In this document: piece by piece, positions 51,085 through 64,000 of the stretch
Layout: each line of letters opens with the position of its first letter
Position numbering within the stretch: position 1 is the stretch's first letter
From: Phyllobates terribilis
Taxonomy: Eukaryota
Length of the DNA: 64,000 bases
Direction: 5' to 3'
Assembly (NCBI RefSeq): GCF_046119375.1
Contig: NW_027362769.1
Span: 359,228,001-359,292,000 of the forward strand
The notes under the pieces: generated by a model
The model's input: the letters and a program-made list of their open reading frames with translations, nothing else
Told to the model about the DNA's origin: nothing
Database searches by the model: none
Position numbers and translations under genes: made by a program

Positions 51085-54000
51085 TAGTGATGAGCGAGCA
51101 CTAAAATGCTCGAGTACTCGTTGCTCGGGTCGAGCAAATTGGAATACTCGGGTGCTTTACCCGAGTAATGAGCCCAATGTAATTCTATGGAAAACTCAAG
51201 CATTTTTCACGCGGCTCCCCCCGGTGGTTTGCAGAGGGCCTAAAAATTGGCCAAATCGAACAGTGCTCAAATGACATGGGAACAGCATGGGGAAGACCCC
51301 TGGAAGCATTTCTGACTCCCAGGTCACTGCTGTCAACAACGTTGTCAGAGTATTACGCCACTTTTACGGATTCACAATAGAACATACAAAAACAAAAGCA
51401 AAATGCATTTTCCTGGGAAATATATTAAGGAACATCCTTTCCAGGGTAATGACTTGTATATAAGGCAAAATAAATAACCAAAACCAAAAATACTCCTCCA
51501 CACCTTGGGCTATATTCAAACATAACATTTTTTATGCGTTTTTGCACTTTTGCATTGCTTTCAACAAAGACAAATGCATTCACTGGGAAATGTCATTTTA
51601 ACATTTTACAATCTTATCTGGCCATGTGGTGTGTGACACATCATCAGACACATGCATACAGTGCTGAAAAGACATGGGAACAGCATGGGGAAGACCTCTG
51701 GAACCATTTCTGACTCCCAGGTCACTGCCTAAAAGTGTGCCCATCATAAGTGATAAGATGCCTCCCGCCATGCTCCTGTCGTTGCAGACTTGCAACAATC
51801 ACCGTCCATGTCCTTGTCCCAGTGCAGTGTTCAGTTGTCCCTACCCCATTCCTTGGAATGCAAGCACAAGTATGCAGCCAGCCACCCACCCACCTACAGG
51901 CTGCAATACTATACTGCCAAATTTTTGACAGCTGCTTGCACTTGAAATGTGGCCTTTTAGGGTCGTGGAGGCGGATGCTTTTCATAACCTCATGCCGGCG
52001 TCAGCTGGGTGCTCATGCTTGGTCCCCAGCCACCACTATTTCTCCCGGTATCTTCTCCGCCTTCCACAAGCACGGGTCCCACAACATTACCCGTGCCCTC
52101 CCCAGTGCACTTACTGGTAAAGACTGCCTACCCACAAACACGTGGACAGGTGAATGTGGCCAGGGACGGTACGGAGCCAGTCCACAGCTTTTTTTGCTGA
52201 GAGTTGTATTTAGCTCGGTGAAAGTACTGGCATAGAGGGAAACCGTATCTACTCCGGCTGTCATTTCTCCGCCACTAGGTTCCGCCCATTGTCACACACG
52301 ACCATGCCTGGCTGTATTTTCAGTGGTGAGAGCCACAGATCAGGCTGCTGTGTTACAGCTTTCAACAACTCTGCAGCGCTGGGCGGTTTGTCAATTAAGC
52401 ATTAAGCATGTTATCTTCAGCACAGCCTGTTGCCACTTGGCCAGGGCAGTGCTGCAGTGCTGTCAGCTTGTGACTGATGTAGTCATTTCGGAGATGGAGG
52501 AGGAGGTGCAGGAGCTGAGCAATGTGATTACATTGAGGTTAAATTAGTGACGCTGTTATTTATACTAAAGAAAGATCCTATTGTTTGGTTTTTTTACGTT
52601 ATTTTTAAAGATAAATGCATTCACTGGGAAATGTCATTTTAACATTTTACAACCTTATCTGGCAATGTGGTGTGTGACACATCATCAGAAACATACTGTT
52701 TTATTTATGAAGGAGGGACTCTGAAAGTCATAAAGCCTATTTTTATAGGGACATCAGACGGCCCTTACTATTCTTAAAAGGCCAGCAGTTGGCCCTCGCT
52801 ATTGTTAGAGAGCCATCAGGCGGCTATGCGTTGTTGTTCCCATTATTAACAAGTGGGTCTCCTATACTGTTATTGCGTATCCAGTGACTGCAAGGGCTGC
52901 CAAAAATTTGGACGCAATCCAATACCCCTTTGAAGAGACATAGAGGAGGGTCTCAGTAAAAAAATGTTCCCATTATAAAGGAGCGGGTCTCCTATAGTGG
53001 TAATGCCCATGCTGTGACTGCAAGAGCTGCCAAAATTTGGGAAAAACCCCTCTAAGAATTTAAAGACACATAGAACAGGGCCACAGTAACGACACATTCC
53101 ATTTAGAAAGGAGACAGTCTGCTATACAGTTATAGGTTATGCAGTGAGTCCAATGGCTGACCAATTTTAGGAAAAACCCCACTAAGAATTTAAAGACACA
53201 TAGAGCAGGGCCACAGTAACAAGGTACGACATGTACCCATTAGGAAGGAGAGGGTCTGCTATACAGTTATAGGGTATGCAGTGAGTCCAACGGCTGACCA
53301 ATTTTAGGAAAAAACCCACTAAGAATTTAAAGACACATAGAGCAGGGCCACAGTAACGACAAATTCCCATTAGAAAGGAGAAAGTCTACCATAGTGTTGG
53401 CCTATGCAGTGAATGCAAGGGCTGCCAAAAATTTGGAGGCACTTCAATACCCCTTGGAAGAGACATGGAGGATGGCCTCATAAAAAAATGTTCCCATTAA
53501 AAAGGAGTGGGCCTCCTATACTTGTAATGCCCATGCACTAAGTGTATGAGCTGACAAACATTTAACCCTGGGGGGTATACATGAACATACTGTATAACTT
53601 TTTTTTTTATAGGCATCATAAACACCCTTTAAAAAAATTATGTGGGTGATGCATCATGGACCACGGTCACCCTGGTGATATGGTGGTGGAGGATGAGGAT
53701 GAGGAGAAGGACAAGAGCAAATAGCCAAAATCAGGAAGCGTATACCAATGTGTGGATGTGAAAAGGTGCATGGGAATACACCTCCCAAGAAAAGACACTG
53801 GATTTGAGTTTATGTTACGCTGCTATCATTCGGTGGTGTAGAGAAGTCTTGCCCAATCCATCCCTTGTTTATTTTTATAAGAGTCAACATGTCAGCATTT
53901 TCAGTTGACAGGCAGAAGCGCTTATCAGTTATAATTCCACCAGCGGCACTAAAAACCCGCTGTGATAAAACGCTGGCGGCAAGGCAGGCCAGGACCTCCA

Positions 54001-57000
54001 AGGCATAGAGAGCCAGTTCATTCCACGTATCCTGCTTGGATACCCAATAATTATAAGGCACAGCGGAATCACAGAGGACGTTGGTACGGTCGGCAAGGTA
54101 CTCCCTCAGCATCTTCCCAAACTTTGCACTCCTTGTGAGAGTACCCCGCACCTCAGGGCCTGTGCGATGGGAGGGTCTGAGAAAACGCTCCCAGAACTTT
54201 GACAGTGTTCCCTGGCCTCAGCTGGATTGGAGTTGTGTCTCTCTCGCCTGTACTCCTTGGTTATCCAACGAAGTGTGCCCTCTGCTGCCAGCGTTTTCAG
54301 ATGGGAATTTTTTTAATAGTTCCGCAACAAGGGCCTTCTGGTACTGCCCTATTTTTGTAGACCGCCTCAGGAATAAGAGATATAAAATTCTCCTTGTAGC
54401 GTGGGTCTAGAAGTATCACCAACCAGTAATGACTGTCACCCAAAATTTTGAGAACGCGAGGGTCATGGGAAAGGCAGCGTAACATAAACTCAGTCATGCT
54501 TGCCAGACTACTAACAGGCAAGACTTCCATGTCCTCACCAAGAGGATGACTGACCATGCTCTCCTCCTCCTCTCTGTCCTCTGGCCATCCACGCTGAACA
54601 GACTGTATGACAGCTGAGCAGGTAGTACCGTCTATAGTGCATGAAACTAGCTCCTGTCCTTCCTCCTCCTCCTCTTCCTCATTGTCACCCAATCCATGTT
54701 GGGATGAGATGAGGCTTGGCTGTGTGTAATCACCCTTTATGGTTCCTTGCTCCATCTCTTCGTGCTCCGCCTGCAATGCATCCCCTTTGATTGTGAGCAG
54801 AAAGAGTTTCAGAAGACAGAGAAATGGGGTGGTGACGCTAATTATGGCGTCATCGCCGCTCACCATCTTGGTGGCATCCTCAAAGTTTTGGAGAATGGTA
54901 CATATGTCTGACATCCATGTCCACTCCTGAGGTCTTATGTGTGTTGTCTGAACTGAATACCGATGGCCTTGTTGATGCTGGTACTCAACAGCTGCCCTTT
55001 TCTGCTCACAAATCCTTCCCAACATCTGCAATATAGAGTTCCAATGCGTGGGGACATCACACACCAGTCAGTGAGCCGGAAGCTGCAAATGCTGCTGAAG
55101 CATGATAAGGGCGGCAGAAGCTGTAGGTGACTTTCTAAAATGGGAACACAGGCAGCATACTTTGACAAGCAGATCAGGCAGCTCTGGGTAGGATTTGAGA
55201 AATCGCTGAACCAGGAGGTTCAGCACATGGGCCAGACATGGTACGTGTGTGAGTTCGCCTCACCTCAGAGCAGCAACCAGGTACCGGCCCATGTCACACA
55301 CGACCATGCCTGGCTGTAGGTTTAGCGGTGTGAGCCACAGAACTGCCTGCTCTTTCAGAGCTGTCCACAATTCTTCAGAATTGTGCGATTTTTCACCTAA
55401 GCATATTAGCTTCTACACAGCCTGTTACCGCTTGGCCGAGGCAGTGCTGCAGTGCTTCCAGGTTGTGATTGTGACTGATGTGGTAATTTCGGAGATGGAG
55501 GCTGAGGTGCATTAGCTGTAGACTGTGGGGGCAACCCTGATTAATCTAGGACCCGCGATCCTTGGCGTCGGGAGGACTTGTTCCGTCCCAAGGTCCGACT
55601 GGGTCCCGGCTTCCACTATGTAAACCCAGTGTGCTGTCAGCGAGATGTACCATCCCTGCCCACAAGCACTTGTCCATGTGTCCGTGGTTTGGTGGACTTT
55701 CCTGGTAACTGCGTTGTTGAGGGCACGGCTTTTGGATTACACAAGCACGTTTTGGGATACTTGCTTGTGTAATGCGGGGACGGCACACCAGGAGAAATAG
55801 TGGCAGCTGGGGACCGAGTACCGAGGAACGGTCGCCGCCATCAGGTTGAGGAATGCTTCCGTCTCAACGAGCCTAAAAGACAACATTTCTAGCGCAAGCA
55901 GTCGCGAAATGTGGGACAATACACAAGCACGTGTCCCAAAACATTAGCCGTGCCCTAAACAACGTAGTTACCGGGAAAGTCCACATAACCACGGACACAT
56001 GGACAAGTGCTTGTGGGCAGGGACGGTACATCTCGCTGACGGCACACTGAGTTAACATAGTGGAAGTCGGGAGCCAGTCGGACATTCGGACACAACACGT
56101 CCTCCCAACACCAAGGATTGCGGGCCCTAAGTCAATCAGAGTTGCCCCCACAGTCTACAGCTCCTGCACCTCATCCTCCTCAGCCTCCTCCTCCTCCATC
56201 TTAGAAATGACCACATCAGTCACAAGCTGGAAGCACTGCAGCATTGCCTCGGCCAAGCGGCAACAGGCTGTGCTAAAGCTAATATGCTTAGGTGACAAAC
56301 CGCACAATGCTGAAGAGTTGCGGACAGCTCTGAAAGAGCAGGCCGATCAGTGGCTCACACCGTTGAACCTACAGCCAATCATGGTCGTGAATGAAAATGG
56401 CCGGAACCTAGTGGCGGCTCACACACATATCATGCCTGGCCCATGTGCTTAACCTCGTGGTTCAGCAGTTTCTCAAATCCTACCTGGAGCTGCCGGATCT
56501 GCTTGTTAAAGTACACCATCTGTGTATGCATTTTAGAAAGTCACCTACAGCTTCCACCGCCCTTGCCGTGCTTCAGCAGTGTTTGCAGCTTCTGGTTCCC
56601 AGATTGGTGTGTGATGTCCCCACGCATTGGAACTCTACACTGCAGATGTTGGGAAGGATTTGTGAGCAGAAAAGGGCAGTTGTTGAGTACCAGCATCATC
56701 AAGGCCGTCGGTATGAAGTTCAGACTCCACACATAAGACCTCAGGAGTGGACATGGATGTCAGACATATGTACCATCCTCCAAAACTTTGAGGACTCCAC
56801 CAAGATGGTGAGCGCCGATGATGCCATAATTAACGTCACCATCCCGCTTCTCTGTCTTCTCTCACAATCAGAGAGGATGCATTGCAGGCGGAGCACGATG
56901 AGATGGATCAAGGAACCATATAGGGTGATTATACACAGCCCAGCCTCATCTCATCCCAATGTGGACTGGGTGGCAATAAGGGAGAGGAGGAGGAGGAAGA

Positions 57001-59354
57001 ACAGGAGCTAGTTTTATGAGCTATAGATGGTACTACCAACACAACTGTCATACCGTCTGTTCAGCTTGGATGGCCTGAGGACAGAGAGGAGGAGGAGGAT
57101 AGCTTGGTCAGTTGTCGTCTTGGAGAGGACACGGAAGTCTTGCCTGTTATCAGTATGGCACACATGGCTGAGTTTATGTTACGCTGCCTTTCCCGTGACC
57201 CTCAGGTTCTCAAAATTTTAGGTGAAAGTCATTACTGGTTGGTGACACTTCTAGACCCACGCTACAAGGAGAACTTTATATCTCTTATTCCTGAGGCGGA
57301 CAGGTCTACTAAAATGGGGCTGTACCAGAAGGCCCTTGTTGCGGAACTATTTTAAAAATTCCCATCTGAAACCGCTTGCGGCAGAGGTCACAGTTCGTTG
57401 GACAACCAAGGAATACAGGCGAGAGAGACACAACTTCAATCCAGCAGAGACCAGGGAATACTGTCAATGTTCTGGGAGAATTTTCACAGCCCCTCCCATC
57501 GCACAGGCCCTGAGGCGTGGGGTACTGTCACAAGGAGTGCAAAGTTTGGGAAGATGCTGAGGGAGTACCTTGCCGACCGTACCAACGTCCTCCGTGATTC
57601 CTCTGTGCCTTTTAATTATTGGGTATTCAAGCTGGATACGTAGAATGAACTGGCTCTCTATGCCTTGGAGGTCCTGGGCTACCCTGCCGCTAGCATTTTA
57701 TCAGAGCGGGTTTTTAGTGCCGCTGGTGGAATTATAACTGATAAGCGCATCCGCCTGTCAACTGAAAATGCTGCTGCTTTGTCTTAGCGGGTTTTTAGTT
57801 CTGCCGGTGGAATTATAACCGAAACTGAAAATGTTGACATGCTGACTCTTATAAAAATGAACATGGGCTGGATTGGGCCCGACTTCTCAACAACGCCGGA
57901 TGATAGCAGCGTAACATAAACTCAAATCCAGTGTCTTTTTTGGGAATTGTATTCCCATGCACCTTTTCACACCCACACATGGTTATATGCCTTCTGATTT
58001 TGGCTATTTGCTCTTGTCCTCCTCCTTCTCCTCATCCTCATCCTCCACCACCATATCACCAGGGTGACAGTGGTCCGCTATGCAACACCCACATAATTTT
58101 TGTTAAAGGGTGTTTATGATGCCCGTAAATTTTTTTTATGCAGTATGTTCATGTATACCCCCCAGGAGTAAATGTTTGTCATCCCATACACTTAGTTCAT
58201 GGGCATTACAAGTATAAGAGACTAGCTCCTTTCTAATTGGAACATTTTTTTTATGAGGCCCTCCTCCACGTCTCCTTCCAAAGGCATTGGAGTGCCTCCC
58301 AATTTTTGGCAACTCTTGCATTTACTGCATAGGCAAACACAATGGGAGACTCACTTCCTAATAATGGGAACATTGTTTTCAGGAGGCCCTCCTCTACATC
58401 TCTACCAAGGGGCGTTGTAGTAGGTCCAAATTTTTGGCAGCCCTTGCTTTCACTGCATAGGCTAACAGTATGGGAGACCCACTTCCTAATAATGGGAACA
58501 TTGTTTTCAGGAGGCCCTCCTCTAAGTCACTTCAAAGGGGTATTGGGGTGGGTCCAAATTTTCAAAGGGGTATTGGGGTGCGTCCACATTTTGGGCAGCC
58601 CTGCCACTCACTGCATATGCAATAACAGTATAGGAGATCCACTCTTTAGAAATGGGAACAGCAAAGCATAGCCGGCTGATATCTCTCTAAGAATAGTGAG
58701 GGCCGACTTCTGGCCCTTTAAGAATAGTAAAGGTCGCCTGATGGCCCTATAAAAATAGGCTTTGTGACTTTCAGAGTCCCTCCTTCATAAATTAAACAGG
58801 ATGTGTCTGATCATGTCTCACACACCACATGGCCAGATATGGTTGTAAAATGTTAAAATGACATTTCCCAATGAATGCATTTGTCATGTTTGAAAGCAAT
58901 GCAAAAGTGCAATAACGCATGAAAAACGCTACGTGTGATCATAGCCCAAGGTGTGGAGGAGTATTTTTGGTTTTGGTTATTTATTTTGCCTTATATACAA
59001 GTCATTACCCTGGAAAGGATGTTCCTTAATATATTTCCCAGGAAAATGCATTTTGGTTTCGTTTTTGTATGTTTTATTGTGAGTCCGTAAAAGTGGCGTA
59101 ATACCTCTGACAACGTTGTTGACACCAGTGACCTGGGAGTCCGAAATGCTGTTCCTATAACATTTGAACACTGTTCCCATCGATGTGGGCAATTTTTAGG
59201 CCCTCTGCAGACTTGCGGGGGGAGCCGCCTGAAAAATGCTCGAGTTTCCCATAGACTTACATTGTGCTCGTTGCTCGGGTCGAGCACCCAAGTATTCCAA
59301 TGTGCTCGACCCGAACAACGAGCAGCCGAGCATTTTAGTGCTCGCCCATCACTA
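51085..59354. mobile_element. Fold-back hAT element made of two head-to-head defective transposase 3' halves
   Basis: 28-bp TIRs match at 27/28. Transposase remnants lie at about 53770-55915(-) and 55916-57920(+), with the motifs TTDTWTS, CDVPTHWNS and hATC (YWVSK...ERVFSAAGGIITDKR). No TSD was found. Confidence 0.85.
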
Positions 59355-61784
59355 GTGAGCTGTTATTAATAGGCTGGGAAGATTCAAGGATAGTGAGCCC
59401 TTCCCGGCATAATAACACCAGACCCCAGCTGTCTGCTTTCCCTAAGCTGATTAAGAAAAATGAGGGGGACACCACGCCATTTTTTCTTTCTTTACTAGTT
59501 AAATACATGTACAGTGAGCTACACACGCACTGCGCTAATTATATATCTCACTGACTTCTTTCTATCTATTCTATGCATATATCTATTCTATCTATTCTAT
59601 TCTGACGGGTCACACTGTGCATATACACTCATGGTCTGTGTGACGATTTTTTTCTCGCACCCACTGCTTTGCATTGCTGAGTCTCGTCCGATATATGCGG
59701 CCACTCGCAGCATGCTGAGATTTTTTCTCAGTCCGATTCGAGCTGAGAAAAAAATCACAGATGAACACAATCATTCAATAACATTAGTGAGAGTGCAATC
59801 CAATTTTTTATTGGATTGCACTCGTCCGATTTAAATGCAGATGACTATGAGCCCTTTGGGTTCGCTCACATCTATGTGTAAATCCGGCGATTCCAATGTG
59901 AGAAAAAAAAATTGCATTGCACTTGCACCAATGTGATTCAATAAGGCAGTGTTCATCTGTGAGATTTTTTCGTCAGGTGGAAATGGGTTGAGTAAAAAAA
60001 TTGCAGCATGCGAACGCCTGAGACTCACCAATGCAAGTCAATGAGTACGAAAAAAAAAACGGACGGCACACGGACCATGCGTACTCCGTCCTTTTTTTCT
60101 CGCACACATCTCAGTAAAGACAGGAAATGTCATCAGCCAAGTACAATAAATCCACAGCAAAACCCTTAGAATAGATAGATAGATATCCTGTAGATATTTA
60201 ATGTCACAACCCCCTTACATATAATAAAGTAGCACTCTTTAGTGCCCTTCATATGATACTAAAGGGTGGCTATGCTTATTTAACCTATTTAATAAAAAAT
60301 AGTCTAAAAAAAATGACGTGGGGCCTCCCTATTTTTAATAACCAGCCAAGTGACAGCAGACAGCTGTTGGTAAGGGGACAATTTCCATGCACCTTTCCAG
60401 CCTATTAATATCAGCCCCCAGCTGTCTTCTTTGCCTCTGCTGGTTGTTAAAAATGGGGTAAACCTAAAAAAATGAGGTGGGGTCCCCCTATTTTTAATAA
60501 CCAGCTAAGGCAAAGCACACATCTGGGGGCTGATATTAATAGGCTGGGAAGGGTCCATGGATATTGGAGCTGGCTGTGGAGATAATATGAGGGAGCTGGC
60601 TGTGGGGACATTGAGGGGCTGAATGTATTGGTATTGCTGTGCAGAGACCTTGTCTCTGCGCGGCAATACATTTCAATTAAATATGTGTCCAATGCGCTGA
60701 CGTCGGCGGACCCCTGGACCTCGCCGCGATCATCAAGGGGTCTAGAGTGCATGTAGGCCGCATGTACAAAAAGGACATCAAGGAACGGAGGACAGGTGTG
60801 AACAAGCTTTTTGTTTGTCTTTTATGTGTATGTGAACAACAGTACAATAGGGGACATTACTACAATATAGGGACAAGAATGGGGTATTACTACAAGATGA
60901 AGACGAGGATGAGCACATTATTGCAAGAAGGTGACCAGGATGGGGCATTACTACAAGAAGGTTGTACTATCCATTGCCGGCGCCCTCGCATAGTTCCCCT
61001 GCACTCTTCATGAGGGACGCTGACAAACTCACTGCCCTGGTTACGGTAGCATCCTCACGCTCCTCTCCCCACTTCTCCTGAGAACAGTACACTGCTCCCA
61101 TGCTCTTAAAGGGGCAGCATGCGCACCTGCAAAGATTCTCCCAGCCCAGGCATCTTGTATAAAAGGCACTCTCCCCAATAAGGAGGTGCCTGAGCAACCC
61201 CTACAGTTACTTTGTGTTTGTGTGTGTTCAACTGTATGTTGACAGGTATATACTGTACACATAGCTTCCAACCGTCCTGTTTTTGGCGGGACTGTCCCGC
61301 TTTGAGGGCTCAGTCCCGCTTCCCGTCACGGCTCAGCTGTTCTCCCGGCTGTGGAGGGTGGTGTTGCGGTGGTGGAGCAGCGGGCACAGGTAGTAGACAG
61401 CAGCCACAACTACCACGTGTGCCCCATGCTAAACATAATGAATATTCACTCTTCTTCATGCCCATGGGAGTGGAGAGGAGTGAATATCCATTCTCTTTAG
61501 TAGCGGTCACAGAGGATCGCAGAGTCGCAGCAGGAGCTGCTCTCGTGCTGAAAGTGCGCACTATTAAGGAGAGTGACTATTCACTCCTCTCCACGCTCAT
61601 AGTCCCGGCGTGGAGAGGAGTGAATATCCCCGCAACTCACCTTGGCATCTAATAGAGCATGGCAGTGATGTCATGCGCTGCTCAGATACTGAGATCAGCT
61701 ACTGACACACAGGACACAGTGCTGGAGCAGAGGGGAGGAAGGAAGGCGTGTAGAAGTGTTTATTTTTTTCATGTGTGCAGTGAT

Positions 61785-62400
61785 GGGGGGCCATGCACAC
61801 TAGGATAGTGGGGCCATACATACCAGGATAAGGGGTTAGGGGGCCATGCACACCAGGATTGGGGATGAGGGGGCCATGAACACCAGGAATGGGGATGAGG
61901 GGGCTATGCATACCAGGATTGAGGAAGAGGGGTACACACTTACCAGGATTGGGGAGGAGGGGCTCATGCATACCAGGATTGGGGAGGAGGGGGCCATGCA
62001 TACCAGGATGGGAAGGAGGGGACCATGCATACCAGGATTGGGGATAAGGGGGCCATGTATATCAGAATTGGGGAGGAGGGGGCCATGCCTACTAGGATTG
62101 GGGAAGAGGGGGCCATGCATACCAGGATTGGGAGGAGGGGGCCATGCATACCAGGATTGGGAGGAGGGGGCCATGCATACCAGGATGGGGGTGATGGGGC
62201 CATGCATACCATGAATGGGGATAAGTGTGCCATGCATACCAGGATGGGGATAAGTGGGCCAAGCATACCAGGATTGGGAGGAGGGGGCCATGCATACCAG
62301 GATTGGGGAGGAGGGGGCCATGTATACCAGGATGGGGATGGGGGGGCATGCATACCAGGAATGGGGATTAGTGGGCCATCCATACCAGGAATGGGGATGA
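61785..62400 (+). repeat. G-rich 29-30 bp minisatellite (about 21 copies)
   Basis: Unit GGGGCCATGCATACCAGGATTGGGGAGGAG. Confidence 0.9.
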
Positions 62401-62519
62401 GGGCCGTCTGCTGAATGCCCCTCATTACCAGCTCCCCTTTGACAACTCCTCCTACCAGGGGAGAAAGAAATCCGTAAATGGGCGTGTATTGGTGTGTGGC
62501 CAAAATTTGCCTGCTCTTT

Positions 62520-62845
62520 ATACTTTAAATGCTGCTCTATATACTGTACACACTGCTCTATATACTGTAAACGCTGCTCTATATACTGTACACACTGCAC
62601 TATACTGCTCTATATACTGTACATACTGCTCTATATACTGTCTGTAAACACTGAACTATATACTGTACACACTGCTCTATATACTGTACACACAGAACTA
62701 TATACTGTACAGACTTCTCTATATACTGTACATACTGCTCTATATACTGTATACACTGCTCTATATACTGTACACACTGCTCTATATACTGTACAGACTG
62801 TTCTATATACTGTACACACTGAACTATATACTGTACACGTTGCTC
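62520..62845 (-). repeat. 21-bp minisatellite, inverted paralogue of 24062-24958
   Basis: Unit ACTGCTCTATATACTGTACAC. Confidence 0.92.
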
Positions 62846-63444
62846 TATTATCTGGGACATCTATAAGGCTGCTGATCTGGGCTGTACACATGTTGTGTTA
62901 GGGATGAGTCGCATTGTGAAGCTGGCGCCTTATCAGAGCTCTTCACTCCATTAACTGCCGCAGCGTCACAGCTTCACACAGGGTCAGACACGATATTACA
63001 CAGGTGATTGCAATCAGCCCCCTATGTGGATACGTGTTCACCCCCCAATACTCTGCACATTCGGGGTGTACTTATATTACAGGTCAGGGAGGTGGCAGTC
63101 AGCGGAGGCCATCGCCTGTGTTACCCTTCTGGGCTCTCAGCAGCTCCAGGTCGTCCCCACATCGTACAATCCGCTTCCTGTACGATGGATATTGTAGTAA
63201 AGATCCCTGTGATGGTGACAAGAGCCGGGAATAGGAGGAACGAGCTCCCGCAGCAGTTTTATCTCCCCGGATACACAGTGATGCGCAGATCGGGAGGACG
63301 GCGGCGATGATCCCGGGACCTCCTCTCGGCTCTTTCCCGGCATCTCTGCTGGTGACGGCTACAAACGGTCAGTGGAGATGATGGAGAAGAGGAAGCGACG
63401 GAGAAAGCGCGCTCTGCTGTCCGGTGTTAGACGGTAAAGGGCTT

Positions 63445-63600
63445 TTATCCCGGGCAGGGAAGCACAAGGGGAGAGCGGAGCTTCACTCGGGCTCAGCAGG
63501 GAGGAGGCGGGGCCTGTGCTCAGTGTCAGCCAATAGATGCTCAGGACGGTGCAGATCAGCAGCCAATCAGTGCGCAGTAAGCCTGTACATATAACAGGCG
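63445..63600 (+). promoter_or_regulatory. H1 promoter
   Basis: AAGCACA at 63460-63466 (a variant of the H1 AAACACA box), a GC box near 63504, CCAAT at 63530 and 63563, and TATAA at 63590. Confidence 0.8.
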
Positions 63601-63665
63601 CCTCCAGCTCCGGCCTCAGTGTTTTCCTATCAGGAGATATTTGTGTTCTAGTTCCGCAGCACACG

Positions 63666-64000
63666 ATGGCCGAGACCGCACCAGCCGCCGCTCCCCCTCC
63701 CGCAGAACCGGCCGCCAAATCCAAGAAACAGCCGAAGAAATCCGCCGCCGGGGGCGCCAAGAAAAGCAAGAAACCCTCCGGTCCCAGCGTCGCCGATCTG
63801 ATCGTGAAAGCCGTGTCCGCCTCTAAGGAGCGCAGTGGGGTGTCTCTGGCCGCCCTGAAGAAGGCTCTGTCTGCCGGAGGATACGATGTAGAGAAGAACA
63901 ACAGCCGCCTGAAGCTGGCCGTCAAGGCTCTGGTCACCAAGGGCGCCCTCCTCCAGGTGCAGGGCAGCGGCGCCTCCGGGTCCTTCAAGCTAAACAAGAA
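63666..64000 (+). CDS. H1: Linker histone H1 (somatic type), truncated by the window end
   Basis: Not in the ORF track. Translates to [25 protein letters not shown]...[72 protein letters not shown], covering the winged-helix globular domain. Confidence 0.97.
   Translation, partial: MAETAPAAAPPPAEPAAKSKKQPKKSAAGGAKKSKKPSGPSVADLIVKAVSASKERSGVSLAALKKALSAGGYDVEKNNSRLKLAVKALVTKGALLQVQGSGASGSFKLNK

Overview
Vertebrate genomic DNA, most likely a frog (inferred from the repeat families and histone sequences), with no prokaryotic features. The window holds the 5' end of COG7 on the minus strand (first coding exon 6248-6413). Next comes a replication-dependent histone cluster: H3.2(+), H4(+) and a divergent H2A(-)/H2B(+) pair, each gene with a 3' stem-loop, with the H2B body N-masked. 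A ~25 kb block of nested transposons and minisatellites follows (L2 > hAT > solo LTRs, 43-bp satellite > CR1; also a Gypsy fragment). Then come a dead duplicate H2A/H2B pair (H2A split by a solo LTR with a 5-bp TSD), an 8.3 kb fold-back hAT element, and an H1 gene running off the right edge. The most unusual features are: a 29-copy tandem amplification of the U7-snRNP-binding histone downstream element behind H2B; a triplicated E2F/CCAAT non-coding module inside the cluster; an orphan H1 promoter whose gene is missing; the palindromic hAT; and a K-to-Q change at a key DNA-binding lysine of H1. Almost all long ORFs in the supplied track are artefacts of tandem repeats. All alignments were done by eye.
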